The position numbers were made by a program, and so were the translations under genes. The notes beneath the pieces are model-generated. The model did not search any database and was not told the DNA's origin. It worked only from the letters and a program-made list of their open reading frames with translations. DNA of 54,495 nt from the IMG/VR virus record IMGVR_UViG_3300002091_000037, positions 1 to 54,495 of that record. One strand, 5' to 3'. Positions 36,522 through 46,739 of this stretch are shown here, in pieces. The DNA comes from a virus (lineage: Duplodnaviria; Caudoviricetes). Each line of letters begins with the position of its first letter. Positions within the stretch are counted from its first letter, which is position 1.

Positions 36522-36810
36522 GTCAACTTCCAAAGCAGCGTTAAGCAAGAATATCGCTACGGAAGTTAAAGCAGGCAAGCCATTAAAGCAGGCTGTGGCA
36601 ATAGGTTATGCTGAGAAACGTGCTGCTGGTAAGAGCGAACATCACAGCAGCCACAGTGCAAAGCGCAGTGAACACTATCATGCAAAGGTAGCTGACACTG
36701 TGAAACCTGTGCAAGTTAAACGGGGCGCAACCCTAATGACACGTGCAGTTCATGCTAAGTCTAGTATGGAAGAAGATACTGCAAGTGATGGGACGGCATA
36801 CCGTGGCTAA
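36508..36810 (+). CDS. Small basic phage protein
   Basis: Homologue of 1803..2078. Confidence 0.75.
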   Translation: MPLIKSTSKAALSKNIATEVKAGKPLKQAVAIGYAEKRAAGKSEHHSSHSAKRSEHYHAKVADTVKPVQVKRGATLMTRAVHAKSSMEEDTASDGTAYRG

Positions 36811-36967
36811 AGCAACAATGTTAAAGGGCGTGTATAACATGAACCCAACTAAGATGGTTCTAAAGCCGGGTTCGGAAGCAGCTCGTAAGATGACATCAAG
36901 CGATGTGCCAGGATTTAAAAAGGTCAAGCCGCCTAAGGCTACGAAAACTAAAAGGAAGACAAAATGA
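36803..36967 (+). CDS. Small Lys-rich protein
   Basis: Homologue of 2078..2224; GTG start inferred. Confidence 0.6.
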   Translation: MAKATMLKGVYNMNPTKMVLKPGSEAARKMTSSDVPGFKKVKPPKATKTKRKTK

Positions 36968-37266
36968 AAGCATCAGATAGCAATTTAGATTTTGATGGCA
37001 TGGCTGGCGATGGCGTTAACCGCGCTAAAAACAAGTATGCACATAATACATGGAGCGGCCATTCGAACGATGGACGTGACGTAAACTTTGGCCTCATGCA
37101 GAGCCAACGCAAAGGTAATGCAAGTTCAAGTCCAAAAGCAGTTGGCCCAAGTGTCACACGTGATCCACACAAGTTGACCATTGCAACTGCCAGTCAAGGT
37201 GGTAAGATTAACGGTGGCACAACTGTTAAAAGTTTTGGCAACCCAGACAAGATCAACGTAGGATAA
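36964..37266 (+). CDS. Conserved hypothetical protein
   Basis: Homologue of 2221..2523. Confidence 0.8.
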   Translation: MKASDSNLDFDGMAGDGVNRAKNKYAHNTWSGHSNDGRDVNFGLMQSQRKGNASSSPKAVGPSVTRDPHKLTIATASQGGKINGGTTVKSFGNPDKINVG

Positions 37267-37270
37267 ACTC

Positions 37271-37630
37271 ATGTCAATAGTAGCAGTAGGAAATACAATT
37301 AGACTACAACCCGCTGGCGCTGTCACAGCCAACGTGGGCAACGTAGCAACTCGCACAACAACATTCCATGTGCTTAATGCGTCATCAACAGTCTACTGTT
37401 ATGTGGGCGTGTTTAATGATTACACAACAGCAGCCGCAATGGACTATCCACAGCCCGGCGCAGACGCTGGAGGCATTCCACTTGCACCCAATGAGTCAAT
37501 GACCATTACTGGCAACTTTGGACTACCCTCAACACAGGCCAACGTGTATGTCAGCGCAATTACAGCAACAGGTGCTTTCTCAACTAACGTGTTCTTCACA
37601 CCAGTTGCAGCAGGCTCAAGCGCAACTTAA
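37271..37630 (+). CDS. Hypothetical beta-rich protein
   Basis: Divergent homologue of 2528..2872. Confidence 0.7.
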   Translation: MSIVAVGNTIRLQPAGAVTANVGNVATRTTTFHVLNASSTVYCYVGVFNDYTTAAAMDYPQPGADAGGIPLAPNESMTITGNFGLPSTQANVYVSAITATGAFSTNVFFTPVAAGSSAT

Positions 37631-37638
37631 GGACCTGT

Positions 37639-37833
37639 ATGAAAGACGCAATGAAAAAACATGGCAAGTGGATACAGGCAGCCATTGGTAAGCCTGGAGC
37701 ACTGCATCGCGAATTGGGTGTGCCAGCTGGAGAGAAGATACCTGCAAAGAAGTTGGCACGGGCCGCGAAGGCAGGGGGCAAGTTGGGACAACGTGCCCGC
37801 CTTGCTGAAACACTAAAAGGATTTAAAAAATGA
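37639..37833 (+). CDS. Small basic phage protein
   Basis: Homologue of 2906..3100. Confidence 0.8.
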   Translation: MKDAMKKHGKWIQAAIGKPGALHRELGVPAGEKIPAKKLARAAKAGGKLGQRARLAETLKGFKK

Positions 37834-38156
37834 TAACCGCACAAGCAAAAAAATCAGTAAAGATTGAACGCGAAGCAGACCGTGCAGCACGCACTTCAGC
37901 TGACATTTGTCAGAACCAGTATCACCGAGACAATGTCAACGTGGCACAAGGTCCAAGAACAGGGAATCCTGGCACAGCATCGAAGCGCAGTGACTTTGTC
38001 GCTGCCAAAGCGTCACGTGAACCAATTGCCACAATGATTCAAGATGCTTATGTTGCTCGCGCACATGAGTATAAAGAATTTGAATACACCAATGGTGGTA
38101 GTATTCATGACAATACCCGGGCGTCTTTTAAAAGCAAATCAAAGACGCTAAAGTAA
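37830..38156 (+). CDS. Conserved hypothetical protein
   Basis: Homologue of 3097..3387 with a different C-terminus. Confidence 0.75.
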   Translation: MITAQAKKSVKIEREADRAARTSADICQNQYHRDNVNVAQGPRTGNPGTASKRSDFVAAKASREPIATMIQDAYVARAHEYKEFEYTNGGSIHDNTRASFKSKSKTLK

Positions 38157-38245
38157 AGTCACTGCCGGGCCACCAGGGCCGTGAACTCGATTAAAACAAG
38201 TGTTTTGGTTCGACTGGTGGCACATTATATTTTAAAGGAACAGTA

Positions 38246-39046
38246 ATGAAAAAGACAGACAAGAAGCCGTCAGTAGACGCATGGGACTTGGATCCTGACA
38301 CAAGCGACACAGTTGCCATGGCCGAAGATGACGCGGTGATCCCATCAGGATTAGAGCCTGATAAACCCCAAGTGCCGAAGCCCACCCGCATAGAGTTTGA
38401 CATGGAAGGGCTCATGACAGACTTTCCCAATGCCACTGAATTACAAAAGTTTGTGTATGACCAAACCGGCATTGTGTTGAATCTAAAGGGTCGTGCCAAC
38501 AAACTAAAGTATCAGATTGCCATGGACACACTTAATGGCAACATTCCTGATGAAGCATACTTGGGCGCAGAGAATCCATATCTAGACAAGAGTGAACTCA
38601 TCCCCACAGAGCCCTTACGCGAACTACCCGCACGTGATGCACTCATTGATGCCGCCGGACCTGAAGTCACACGCTTCAGTACCAACCAATTTCCACATCC
38701 TGATCCCGACTGGCGTGCTCAAGATCAAAAGTGTCAAGTCATATTCCGCAAGTATGCCAACAACCTGATCACATATGAAGTGTTGGGACCAATTGCTCAA
38801 CGTGCCCTAGGCACCAAGATCAACAAGTTTGGACAAAAGCAACCCGAACGCATTGTGTGGATTGACTGCAGAACTGGTGAACAGATTATTCGCAATGACC
38901 GTGGACAACTTACTCCATTGGGCACCCGCCTTAAGAGTTTCATGACACGTATGAAAGTAAACAAATCAAACCAATGGGACATATGGATTGATCGCGACTT
39001 TGTTCTTGCTGGAGACTTGGTATCCGATAACCCTTGGGGCGAATAA
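38246..39046 (+). CDS. Conserved hypothetical protein, 266 aa
   Basis: Homologue of 3485..4291. Confidence 0.85.
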   Translation: MKKTDKKPSVDAWDLDPDTSDTVAMAEDDAVIPSGLEPDKPQVPKPTRIEFDMEGLMTDFPNATELQKFVYDQTGIVLNLKGRANKLKYQIAMDTLNGNIPDEAYLGAENPYLDKSELIPTEPLRELPARDALIDAAGPEVTRFSTNQFPHPDPDWRAQDQKCQVIFRKYANNLITYEVLGPIAQRALGTKINKFGQKQPERIVWIDCRTGEQIIRNDRGQLTPLGTRLKSFMTRMKVNKSNQWDIWIDRDFVLAGDLVSDNPWGE

Positions 39047-39552
39047 TGAAACTCAAACGCACACCCCTGCCCTACGCAGAAACTGCCCTTGAACCTGTAA
39101 AAAGTAGTGAGACCTTGAATTATCATTGGGGTCACTTATACAAGCGTTATGTGGACAATTACAATGCCGGAGAGAGTCCCACATTCAATCGTGCCGGAGC
39201 CTTCTTGCATGACATTTACTTTACTCAGTTCACCGCGCCCGGAGAGGGTGGCACGCCCGAACCTATGACCCTGGAGTTGATCCAACGACATCACAAGAGT
39301 CTAATAGGCCTAAAAGCCTTGATCAAAGATGCTGCCTTAAAGTTGCATGGTTCAGGTTGGGTATATCTTGCTCTTGACGGCACTGTAAAAACCATACCGA
39401 ATCATGAAGTGCGTGATGACATTGTGATCTTGATTGACATGTGGGAGCATGCCTATGCCCTGGATTACGAATGGAAGAAGGATCAATACCTAGACAACAT
39501 TTGGAAGATCATGAACTGGCCACACATTGAAGATAGATTGGGTCTGATGTGA
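39046..39552 (+). CDS. sod: Fe/Mn superoxide dismutase
   Basis: LPYAETALEP...TLNYHWG..Y..YV, HDIYF, GSGWVYL and DMWEHAY signature; all four metal ligands apparently present; TAATG start at 39046. Confidence 0.92.
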   Translation: MKLKRTPLPYAETALEPVKSSETLNYHWGHLYKRYVDNYNAGESPTFNRAGAFLHDIYFTQFTAPGEGGTPEPMTLELIQRHHKSLIGLKALIKDAALKLHGSGWVYLALDGTVKTIPNHEVRDDIVILIDMWEHAYALDYEWKKDQYLDNIWKIMNWPHIEDRLGLM

Positions 39553-39830
39553 CTTTAGGACCTGAACGCCAACAGCGGGCTGTTGAACAGGCTGCCGATG
39601 TTCGAATCATGCAAAAGGTCAACCGTGTTAACCGCGAGGCCTTTCTTGACAAGTATCCCACACAAGTAGAACATTGTTTGCGTCTTGTAATGGAACGCTT
39701 GCAAATGGGTCTAGACAAACGCGATGGAGTGGATGTGGCCAACCCCGACACTTGGCGCATGACACCACACGAAATACGCGACCTAGCCGAAACGGCAGCA
39801 AGACTAAACGAAATACGTCAGGGTTTCTAA
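39549..39830 (+). CDS. Conserved hypothetical protein upstream of terL
   Basis: Homologue of 4291..4572; GTGA overlap. Confidence 0.75.
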   Translation: MTLGPERQQRAVEQAADVRIMQKVNRVNREAFLDKYPTQVEHCLRLVMERLQMGLDKRDGVDVANPDTWRMTPHEIRDLAETAARLNEIRQGF

Positions 39831-41456
39831 ATGGCCTTGGACAACACTGTGTTGATGCGCCGTGCCATACGTTGGGTTTGTGATTCCAACAGCTTGGCTG
39901 TGAACAATCTCAACACCATGACATCAGACCAAAAAGTGGCCTTTGAAGGGTTGGTCATGGCGGTGCATGAGGACATGCGATACAACCAAATTAAATACTT
40001 TAGGCCATTTGAACATCAATTGCGTTTCTTTGCAACTGGTGTAAGTTCACGTAGGGGCATACTTGCCGCCAATCGAATTGGTAAGACAGTAAGTACCTGT
40101 TATGAAACTGCCATGCACCTTACAGGATTGTATCCCGACTGGTGGACAGGCAAACGCTTTGACAAAGCCATTACTGCCATGGTTGCGGGAGAGGGTTGGA
40201 GCCAGGTGGCTCTGGTGTTGCAAAATGAATTATTAGGAACAAACGATGTCAAAATTAAAGATGCTATTGGCACTGGTGCTATACCCCGTAGTTGTGTGGT
40301 CCCTGACACTATGCGTAGTGATGGCGCTAATTGTATTGGGGTTGAGATACGTCACAGTAGCGGCAGTAACAGCTATCTCCTATTTGCCAACTACACACAG
40401 GAAGTTAGACAAATGCAAGGATTTAAACTCAATTTGGCAGTTTTTGATGAGCAACCGCCTGACGACTTCTTTAGCGAGATTGTTACCAGAACTGCTACTA
40501 CACAAGGTCAAGTGCTTTGCAGTTTCACCCCGCTCAAAGGCCTTAACGGACTAGTCAGTAAGTTTTGGAATCACGAAGAAGGCTACGAACACATACGAGT
40601 AAGTTGGGATGACGTTCCAGAATATGATCCGTGGGGTGAGCCGTTTCTTCTTATGGAGACTCGCAGACAGTTGGAGCGTGACTATCTTCCTCATGAGCGC
40701 GACGCTCGTCGTAATGGTGTGCCTGTTATGGGCAAGGGCGCGGTATTTCAAATACGCAATTGGCCTACCTATAAAACTGGTGACTATGATCTGCGTAATG
40801 TTACTGGCATTCAGCGCATTATTGCTCTTGACCTTGGCCTTGTCAATGATAAGACTGTAGTTAGTCTAATGTATTGGCATCCCGAAGAGCGTGAGGCTTG
40901 GTTGCACACACAGATCATTGTGAAAGGCATTGAAGAAGCCAATCCCATGAACTATATCAATCATCTCATGCGTCCCGAAGTGTTTGGCACACCCATAGTG
41001 TTGCCTGCTGATGCCAGCACACAGGGTCGCTATACCATGACCAGCCAAAGCATACGTGAACTGTTTGAACAATACGAACTCAATGTGCATCCAGAAGCCA
41101 TCATGAATCCACCAGATGATCAAGGACGCAGAACCAATCACAAGGCCTATGGTGTCAACGTGATGCGACAAATGTTGGAGATCGGTACCTTACACATCAA
41201 TGAAAACTGTGTGGAGTTCTTGCGCGAAGCACAGAACTACTACGCTGATGATCGAGGTCGTTTCTCAGATCCTGATGACTGCATTGATTCAGCACGATAT
41301 GCCTTGCTAGGATGTTTGAACGGATTGGCAGAACCCTGGGATGGACGCACTCAACAACAGCGTATGCGTGATTACAAACATCAATATCGCAGCGCACAGT
41401 GGGCCCGTAGTCAAGAAGTGCCCAAGTGGAAACAGCCACATAACCCTCATGGTTAA
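39831..41456 (+). CDS. terL: Terminase large subunit, P22-like
   Basis: AANRIGKT, VFDEQPP, ALDLG; homologue of 4573..6195. Confidence 0.95.
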   Translation: MALDNTVLMRRAIRWVCDSNSLAVNNLNTMTSDQKVAFEGLVMAVHEDMRYNQIKYFRPFEHQLRFFATGVSSRRGILAANRIGKTVSTCYETAMHLTGLYPDWWTGKRFDKAITAMVAGEGWSQVALVLQNELLGTNDVKIKDAIGTGAIPRSCVVPDTMRSDGANCIGVEIRHSSGSNSYLLFANYTQEVRQMQGFKLNLAVFDEQPPDDFFSEIVTRTATTQGQVLCSFTPLKGLNGLVSKFWNHEEGYEHIRVSWDDVPEYDPWGEPFLLMETRRQLERDYLPHERDARRNGVPVMGKGAVFQIRNWPTYKTGDYDLRNVTGIQRIIALDLGLVNDKTVVSLMYWHPEEREAWLHTQIIVKGIEEANPMNYINHLMRPEVFGTPIVLPADASTQGRYTMTSQSIRELFEQYELNVHPEAIMNPPDDQGRRTNHKAYGVNVMRQMLEIGTLHINENCVEFLREAQNYYADDRGRFSDPDDCIDSARYALLGCLNGLAEPWDGRTQQQRMRDYKHQYRSAQWARSQEVPKWKQPHNPHG

Positions 41457-41495
41457 AGCACACTAAATAATAGATAATATGATAGGATCCTGTCC

Positions 41496-43769
41496 ATGTT
41501 GGATATAAAAAACACAGTAATTTCGAACTTGAACAACGCCAAGGGCATGATGGCAAGATTCGTTAAAATGAAGGGCCTGTTGGACGCCAAGTGTGCAGCC
41601 AACTTGCGCTTGTTGGCCACAAAGAACAACATCAATCGCGCCTCAGACTATCACTACTTGGTATTGGCAGTTACACAGAGTACAGAAGCAGTAAACGGCA
41701 TTGACTACATTCACCCTGTGGTAAAACCCATAGTTGATTATGCAAGTGCGGTTATCACTAAGGGACTTGCACAAAACGGCGAAATCAAATTTGAGTTTGT
41801 AGCCGACAATGAAGCAGATGCGCCGGCAGCACGTCAAGCCACAGACATGGTCAACAAGATCATTAACCAAAACAATGATCCACATCAAATCCTACAACAC
41901 TGGGTCATGGATGCTGTGTTGCACAAGAATGGTGAGATGATGGTTAGCCCCATGCGTGAGAGTTTTGTACGCTACATCACAACACAAGGCACTTTGGATC
42001 AATTACGTGCATTTGAACAACAAGCAGCCGAAGGCGGCTTAAAAGCATTCAAACAAAGTCGCCGTAAGACCGGAGTAGACATGGAACAGGTCATGAAGGA
42101 ACTGCAACAGTTCAAACAAGACTTGCCAGCAGAACAAAAGCAGGCCCTACTGGATCATAGAATGGCACAGGCCACAGCTGCTGAAGCTGGAGCAGATGAC
42201 TATTTGGAAATGCAGGCACCCGATGCTGAAATGGAAACCACCGAAGACGAAATGGTCGACAGTATCAATCGCAACACAATATATGAAGCCAAGTATAAAC
42301 TTACTGGCTACAGTTTGAACATCAAGTTCCGTCCCATTGCACAACACTATTGGATGTGTGATCCCACAGTTATATCAATTGAAGAACAACCCTTCTGTGG
42401 ATACTACAAGCCCATGACCATACAGGAAGCAACAGAACTGTATCCCGACATTGACCTAGAACAATTTAAGATATATGCACAGTACTCAAACGTGGGTGCA
42501 TATCAAGCAGGATCATTGCTGAACAATCTTGCGCTACACGCACGTGACTCAGTCCCCATCAATGGCTTGCCCAGTATGGGCTATGCAAGTTTGGAAGCAG
42601 AAGCACGTCAAGTCACTGTGTTGACAGTTTACAACCGTTATGACATTGACGGAGATGGTGAGTTAGAACTAATTGAATTGATATATTCAGGACAGTATGT
42701 GATATCGGCACGTGAAGTAGAGTTTATTCCCATTGCTAACATGTGTCCAAAACCCTTGCCACAAAACTTTTATGGTATGAGCATTGCAGAATCAGTTGTG
42801 CCCATGCAAGAGTATGCCACAAGCGCACATCGTGCAGAAATCATGATGGGCCTGTTACAGGCAACACCACGTATTGGTGTCAAACCCGACAAGTTGGACT
42901 TTGAAATGATCCAAGATGGCGAAGCAGCCATCTTTATCTTGGATTCAAAGTTCGATCCTGCCAAGGATATCTATCCATTGCCTTTGCCTAACGGTAACTT
43001 GCAGTTCATAGACACTGCCATGACACGCTTACAACAGGATACAATGGCCATGGTGGGCATGACCTCACCACAAGATGTGTTCAATCCTGAAGTTATGGCA
43101 CCTGGTAACTCAGGTATTAAACTGCAATTGGCACTGAGTCCAAATCAAATCATTCAAGACAATACAGTCAAGAACTCAGCAGAGGGTTTGAAGGATGCTA
43201 TTTGGTTGATTTGGCGCACATTGATACAGTATGGTGATGACTATGGTGTTAAAAAATTGGCACAAGAGTTTCACCCAGAGGGCAAGCCCATATTCTTAGA
43301 CTATCAAAACGTTGAAGACATGAACTTTAACGATCGTAAGACCATACACATTGATTTGGCTTTAGGTATGCGCTCAGATGAGAACGCACTACAACGTCAA
43401 CAGATTATTCAACAGACACAAACGCAATTGTACACCACAGTCAGTGCAACAGTTGCACAAGGTACGCTGACTCCGGCCATGTTCAAGAAGATTCGCAAGC
43501 CCTACGAAGATGCATTGTATGCCTTGGGCGTAAAAGACTGCGATGTTTACTTGCCAACAGAAGCAGAAGTAACAGAAATGATCAAGGCCTCTGAAGAACA
43601 CAAGAAACAGCAAGGCCCAAGTCCAGATGATCAAGCCAAAATAGCAAAAGCCAAACTGGATGAAGCACGTGCCGCTGAAATACAAGCCGACGTGCAGGGC
43701 ACAAGTGCAAGTAAGCAATTGGAAGGTGTTGCTCTCATTGGAGAACACAAAGCCACTGCTTACAAATAA
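41496..43769 (+). CDS. Portal protein
   Basis: 757-aa homologue of 6235..8508. Confidence 0.9.
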   Translation: MLDIKNTVISNLNNAKGMMARFVKMKGLLDAKCAANLRLLATKNNINRASDYHYLVLAVTQSTEAVNGIDYIHPVVKPIVDYASAVITKGLAQNGEIKFEFVADNEADAPAARQATDMVNKIINQNNDPHQILQHWVMDAVLHKNGEMMVSPMRESFVRYITTQGTLDQLRAFEQQAAEGGLKAFKQSRRKTGVDMEQVMKELQQFKQDLPAEQKQALLDHRMAQATAAEAGADDYLEMQAPDAEMETTEDEMVDSINRNTIYEAKYKLTGYSLNIKFRPIAQHYWMCDPTVISIEEQPFCGYYKPMTIQEATELYPDIDLEQFKIYAQYSNVGAYQAGSLLNNLALHARDSVPINGLPSMGYASLEAEARQVTVLTVYNRYDIDGDGELELIELIYSGQYVISAREVEFIPIANMCPKPLPQNFYGMSIAESVVPMQEYATSAHRAEIMMGLLQATPRIGVKPDKLDFEMIQDGEAAIFILDSKFDPAKDIYPLPLPNGNLQFIDTAMTRLQQDTMAMVGMTSPQDVFNPEVMAPGNSGIKLQLALSPNQIIQDNTVKNSAEGLKDAIWLIWRTLIQYGDDYGVKKLAQEFHPEGKPIFLDYQNVEDMNFNDRKTIHIDLALGMRSDENALQRQQIIQQTQTQLYTTVSATVAQGTLTPAMFKKIRKPYEDALYALGVKDCDVYLPTEAEVTEMIKASEEHKKQQGPSPDDQAKIAKAKLDEARAAEIQADVQGTSASKQLEGVALIGEHKATAYK

Positions 43770-43799
43770 ACTAAATAAAATTAATAGATTGGAATTGAT

Positions 43800-44147
43800 A
43801 TGATTAACGAAGACGTTGTGGAGGCGTTTAATAATCGCCTTGTTAGTGCTACAGAATTGAGCAAACTCTCGCCAGCAAGTGCTGACAGAGTCAAACAATT
43901 GGGTAGTGCTGCAGAGAATCTACTGAAAAGTAGAGACTTCGTATTGTTTGTGCGTCAGTTCCAACTAGAGAATATGGATTCGCTAGTAGAAGTTACAGGA
44001 TATAGCGCAGAAGACAATGAACGACGTATTGCGTTGGCAAATCATTTCAATGCCATGGACACATTTATCAACTTGCTCAAAAGGCAAGTTGTATTACGTA
44101 ATCGTGTGGTAACTTTACAAGAGCAATCTTTAGAGCCCAACACTTAA
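43800..44147 (+). CDS. Conserved hypothetical protein
   Basis: Homologue of 8539..8886. Confidence 0.8.
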   Translation: MINEDVVEAFNNRLVSATELSKLSPASADRVKQLGSAAENLLKSRDFVLFVRQFQLENMDSLVEVTGYSAEDNERRIALANHFNAMDTFINLLKRQVVLRNRVVTLQEQSLEPNT

Positions 44148-44159
44148 GAAAGGTAAAGT

Positions 44160-45311
44160 ATGGATGCAATAGTCCAGGACAAACCTAATCTCCCAACAGA
44201 GACGGTCCCTGCCCACAAAGTCGATTTAGGATTAGAATCAATAGCCGCGAAGATGACCGCAATGCGTAATCAGACTCCAGCTACTAAGCCCATCGAGACA
44301 GGTGTAGAAGTTGCGGCAGCAACATCAGCCCCTGTGGTACCAGAAGGAGTTGTCGTAGACGACGCCGAACCAGAAGTTGTAGTAACAGAAGCACAAGATG
44401 CTGATGCCAACGCAGAAACTGATGCCCCTGAAGAGGTAAGCACAGTGGACACGTCTAGCGATGAACTAATTGATTTTATTGATTTTGCAGAAACTAATCC
44501 GAACGCCAAGTTCAAATTTATGCGAAATGGTAAAGAAGTAGTTATTGATGCTAAGAAGGCAGCAAGCATACTGGGCCAAGGAGCCGCAATTAGCGAAGAT
44601 GCAAGGCAGTTAAAAGTTGAGCGTGCCGAGTTTGATGAATATCAAAATCAGCGTCGTCAGGAAACTGATGGACTTTTATTGGCCATGGAGTTTACTGTAC
44701 GTCCCGAGCTACAAAAGGCTTACGATGAAATATTAAGGACACAGAACTACAATACCACCTTCCAGCAACAGTTGGCAACAACGCAGGATCCAGCCCACCA
44801 GGCACGTATCCAAGCAGCGATGCAACAAAACGATCGTTACATTCAACAACAGAGTGAAACAATCGCAAAGTTGAAGCCAAAGGTTGATCAGTTTTATAAC
44901 GCCAAGCGTCAACAAGTTCAAGAATTTATTGACACTAACCGTAAAAACTTTCAGGACAAGGAGTTGCGTAATTCATATGTTTTTAATGAAGTTCGTGAGA
45001 AAGTAAGCAAGGACTGGGCTGGTGCTCGAGGACAAATTGTCCCCGGCATAGAGAACATAGACCTAATCTCAGCGGATGAGCATATCTTATCCCTATTACG
45101 AGACGGACTAAAGTATCGTGACAGACCCAAGACCAAGTCAGCAGGTGGCAGCATAGCCGCACTGACTAATCGTAAAGCAGGAACAGCCATGCCCAGTGGT
45201 GCAGCAGACAACGAGTCTAATCTTCGTGAAAAAGCCAGGAGCGGTGATAAAAAAGCCGCAGATAACTTGCTTGTAGCCCGCTTACAGAGTTTGCGTGCCG
45301 CAAGACGTTAA
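44160..45311 (+). CDS. Probable scaffolding protein
   Basis: Homologue of 8899..10065. Confidence 0.75.
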   Translation: MDAIVQDKPNLPTETVPAHKVDLGLESIAAKMTAMRNQTPATKPIETGVEVAAATSAPVVPEGVVVDDAEPEVVVTEAQDADANAETDAPEEVSTVDTSSDELIDFIDFAETNPNAKFKFMRNGKEVVIDAKKAASILGQGAAISEDARQLKVERAEFDEYQNQRRQETDGLLLAMEFTVRPELQKAYDEILRTQNYNTTFQQQLATTQDPAHQARIQAAMQQNDRYIQQQSETIAKLKPKVDQFYNAKRQQVQEFIDTNRKNFQDKELRNSYVFNEVREKVSKDWAGARGQIVPGIENIDLISADEHILSLLRDGLKYRDRPKTKSAGGSIAALTNRKAGTAMPSGAADNESNLREKARSGDKKAADNLLVARLQSLRAARR

Positions 45312-45341
45312 ATAAATTAGAGCCTAATTAAGGAGATTATA

Positions 45342-46673
45342 ATGGCAACTATTACAACAACGGCGATTGGTAACGGAACAACTGCATACCAGACAGACAT
45401 CGTCGTAAAAGATCTAGACTTAGACGTATCAAACCGCGTTAAGGATGACACACCTGTTCTAAACATGTGTATGGCAAAAAAGCGTAAAGTGGTTAGCACT
45501 TTGCCCCTGTGGACAAACGACGTTTATCGTCAACCACAGATCCAAGCAGTTCCAGAAGGTGCCGCAGTTAGTTCAGCCAACGCTGAATCAAACCAACGTG
45601 CTAACATGGGCAACTACACACAGATTTTCCAAACCACAGTTGGTGCAACTGGTACAGCACGTGCCGTTGAACAATCGGGCGGAGATCCACAATCATATCA
45701 GGAAGTAAAACAGCTGATTGAATTGATGTTCGACGTAGAAGCACAATTGGTTCGTAATGACCAAATCGGAACCAAGTATTCGGGCCAAGCTGGTCTAGCA
45801 TATGGCGCAAGTGGTTCAGCAAGTGCTAACGCACAAACAGGTAACGTTGCGTTACAAAGCCCAGTTCAAACTGGTCGTCGTATGGGTTCTTTGAACTCGT
45901 TCGCTGGCACATACAGTATTAACTCTGGTGATGGCACAGGTAACTTGCAAGTCGCTACTAACCGTGTTACAACTAACTTCAACTTAGAAGGTAGCGACAC
46001 AGTTGGTTATCAAACCATCACTAGCGGCACACGTGCTTTCGTTATTGGTGGAACAGCAAGTGCATCAGGTTCAACAACTGTTACCAACAACGGTGAAGGC
46101 CTAGGTAGTTCATACTACACTTATACAAGCCAGTTGCAACAATTTGCTCCTAGCCTGTACAAGCAATTGGTTACTGTTGCAGAACAACGCTTCAACGCCA
46201 AGATCCGCACTATTGTTTGCCCAACAAGTTTGCGTACACACTTGAGCGATACTATGCCTACAAGCCGTGGTATCAACCGTGTTAACAGCGAGCGTGGTGA
46301 CACAATTGCCACTTATGAAGGTGACTTCAATTACACTTATGAGATCTTTGATTCTTGGATCATGGACCAAATCGGTGCAAGCAACCAAATCTACTTCTTG
46401 AACGAGGAAGTATTACAGTGGGGTTCATTGCGTGACCTAGGACCAAACAACGAAGTATTCTCAAATGCTGACGCTAGTTTGGATCAGTTCATCATGGAAG
46501 GTACATTGATTGTACGTAACCCAGCAGGCGTTGCTGTCTTAAATGACATCAGTGCAAGCGGAACATACGTTGGTGTAACACTTGGATCTACTAACCAAAT
46601 CGGTATTAGTGGTTCACTACGCCCAAGCGCATTCGTATTGCGTTTGAATTCGTGGGACGCACAGAGCTTCTAA
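45342..46673 (+). CDS. Major capsid protein
   Basis: 443-aa homologue of 10097..11428; GNYTQIF motif. Confidence 0.88.
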   Translation: MATITTTAIGNGTTAYQTDIVVKDLDLDVSNRVKDDTPVLNMCMAKKRKVVSTLPLWTNDVYRQPQIQAVPEGAAVSSANAESNQRANMGNYTQIFQTTVGATGTARAVEQSGGDPQSYQEVKQLIELMFDVEAQLVRNDQIGTKYSGQAGLAYGASGSASANAQTGNVALQSPVQTGRRMGSLNSFAGTYSINSGDGTGNLQVATNRVTTNFNLEGSDTVGYQTITSGTRAFVIGGTASASGSTTVTNNGEGLGSSYYTYTSQLQQFAPSLYKQLVTVAEQRFNAKIRTIVCPTSLRTHLSDTMPTSRGINRVNSERGDTIATYEGDFNYTYEIFDSWIMDQIGASNQIYFLNEEVLQWGSLRDLGPNNEVFSNADASLDQFIMEGTLIVRNPAGVAVLNDISASGTYVGVTLGSTNQIGISGSLRPSAFVLRLNSWDAQSF

Positions 46674-46698
46674 ACTCAGCAACGAGTTTATTAACCTC

Positions 46699-46720
46699 AA
46701 AGGGGCTTCGGCCCCTTTTT
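46699..46720 (+). terminator. Intrinsic terminator after MCP
   Basis: AAAGGGGC-TTCG-GCCCCTTT-TT. Confidence 0.9.
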
Positions 46721-46739
46721 CTTTACACTAAATAATGTT

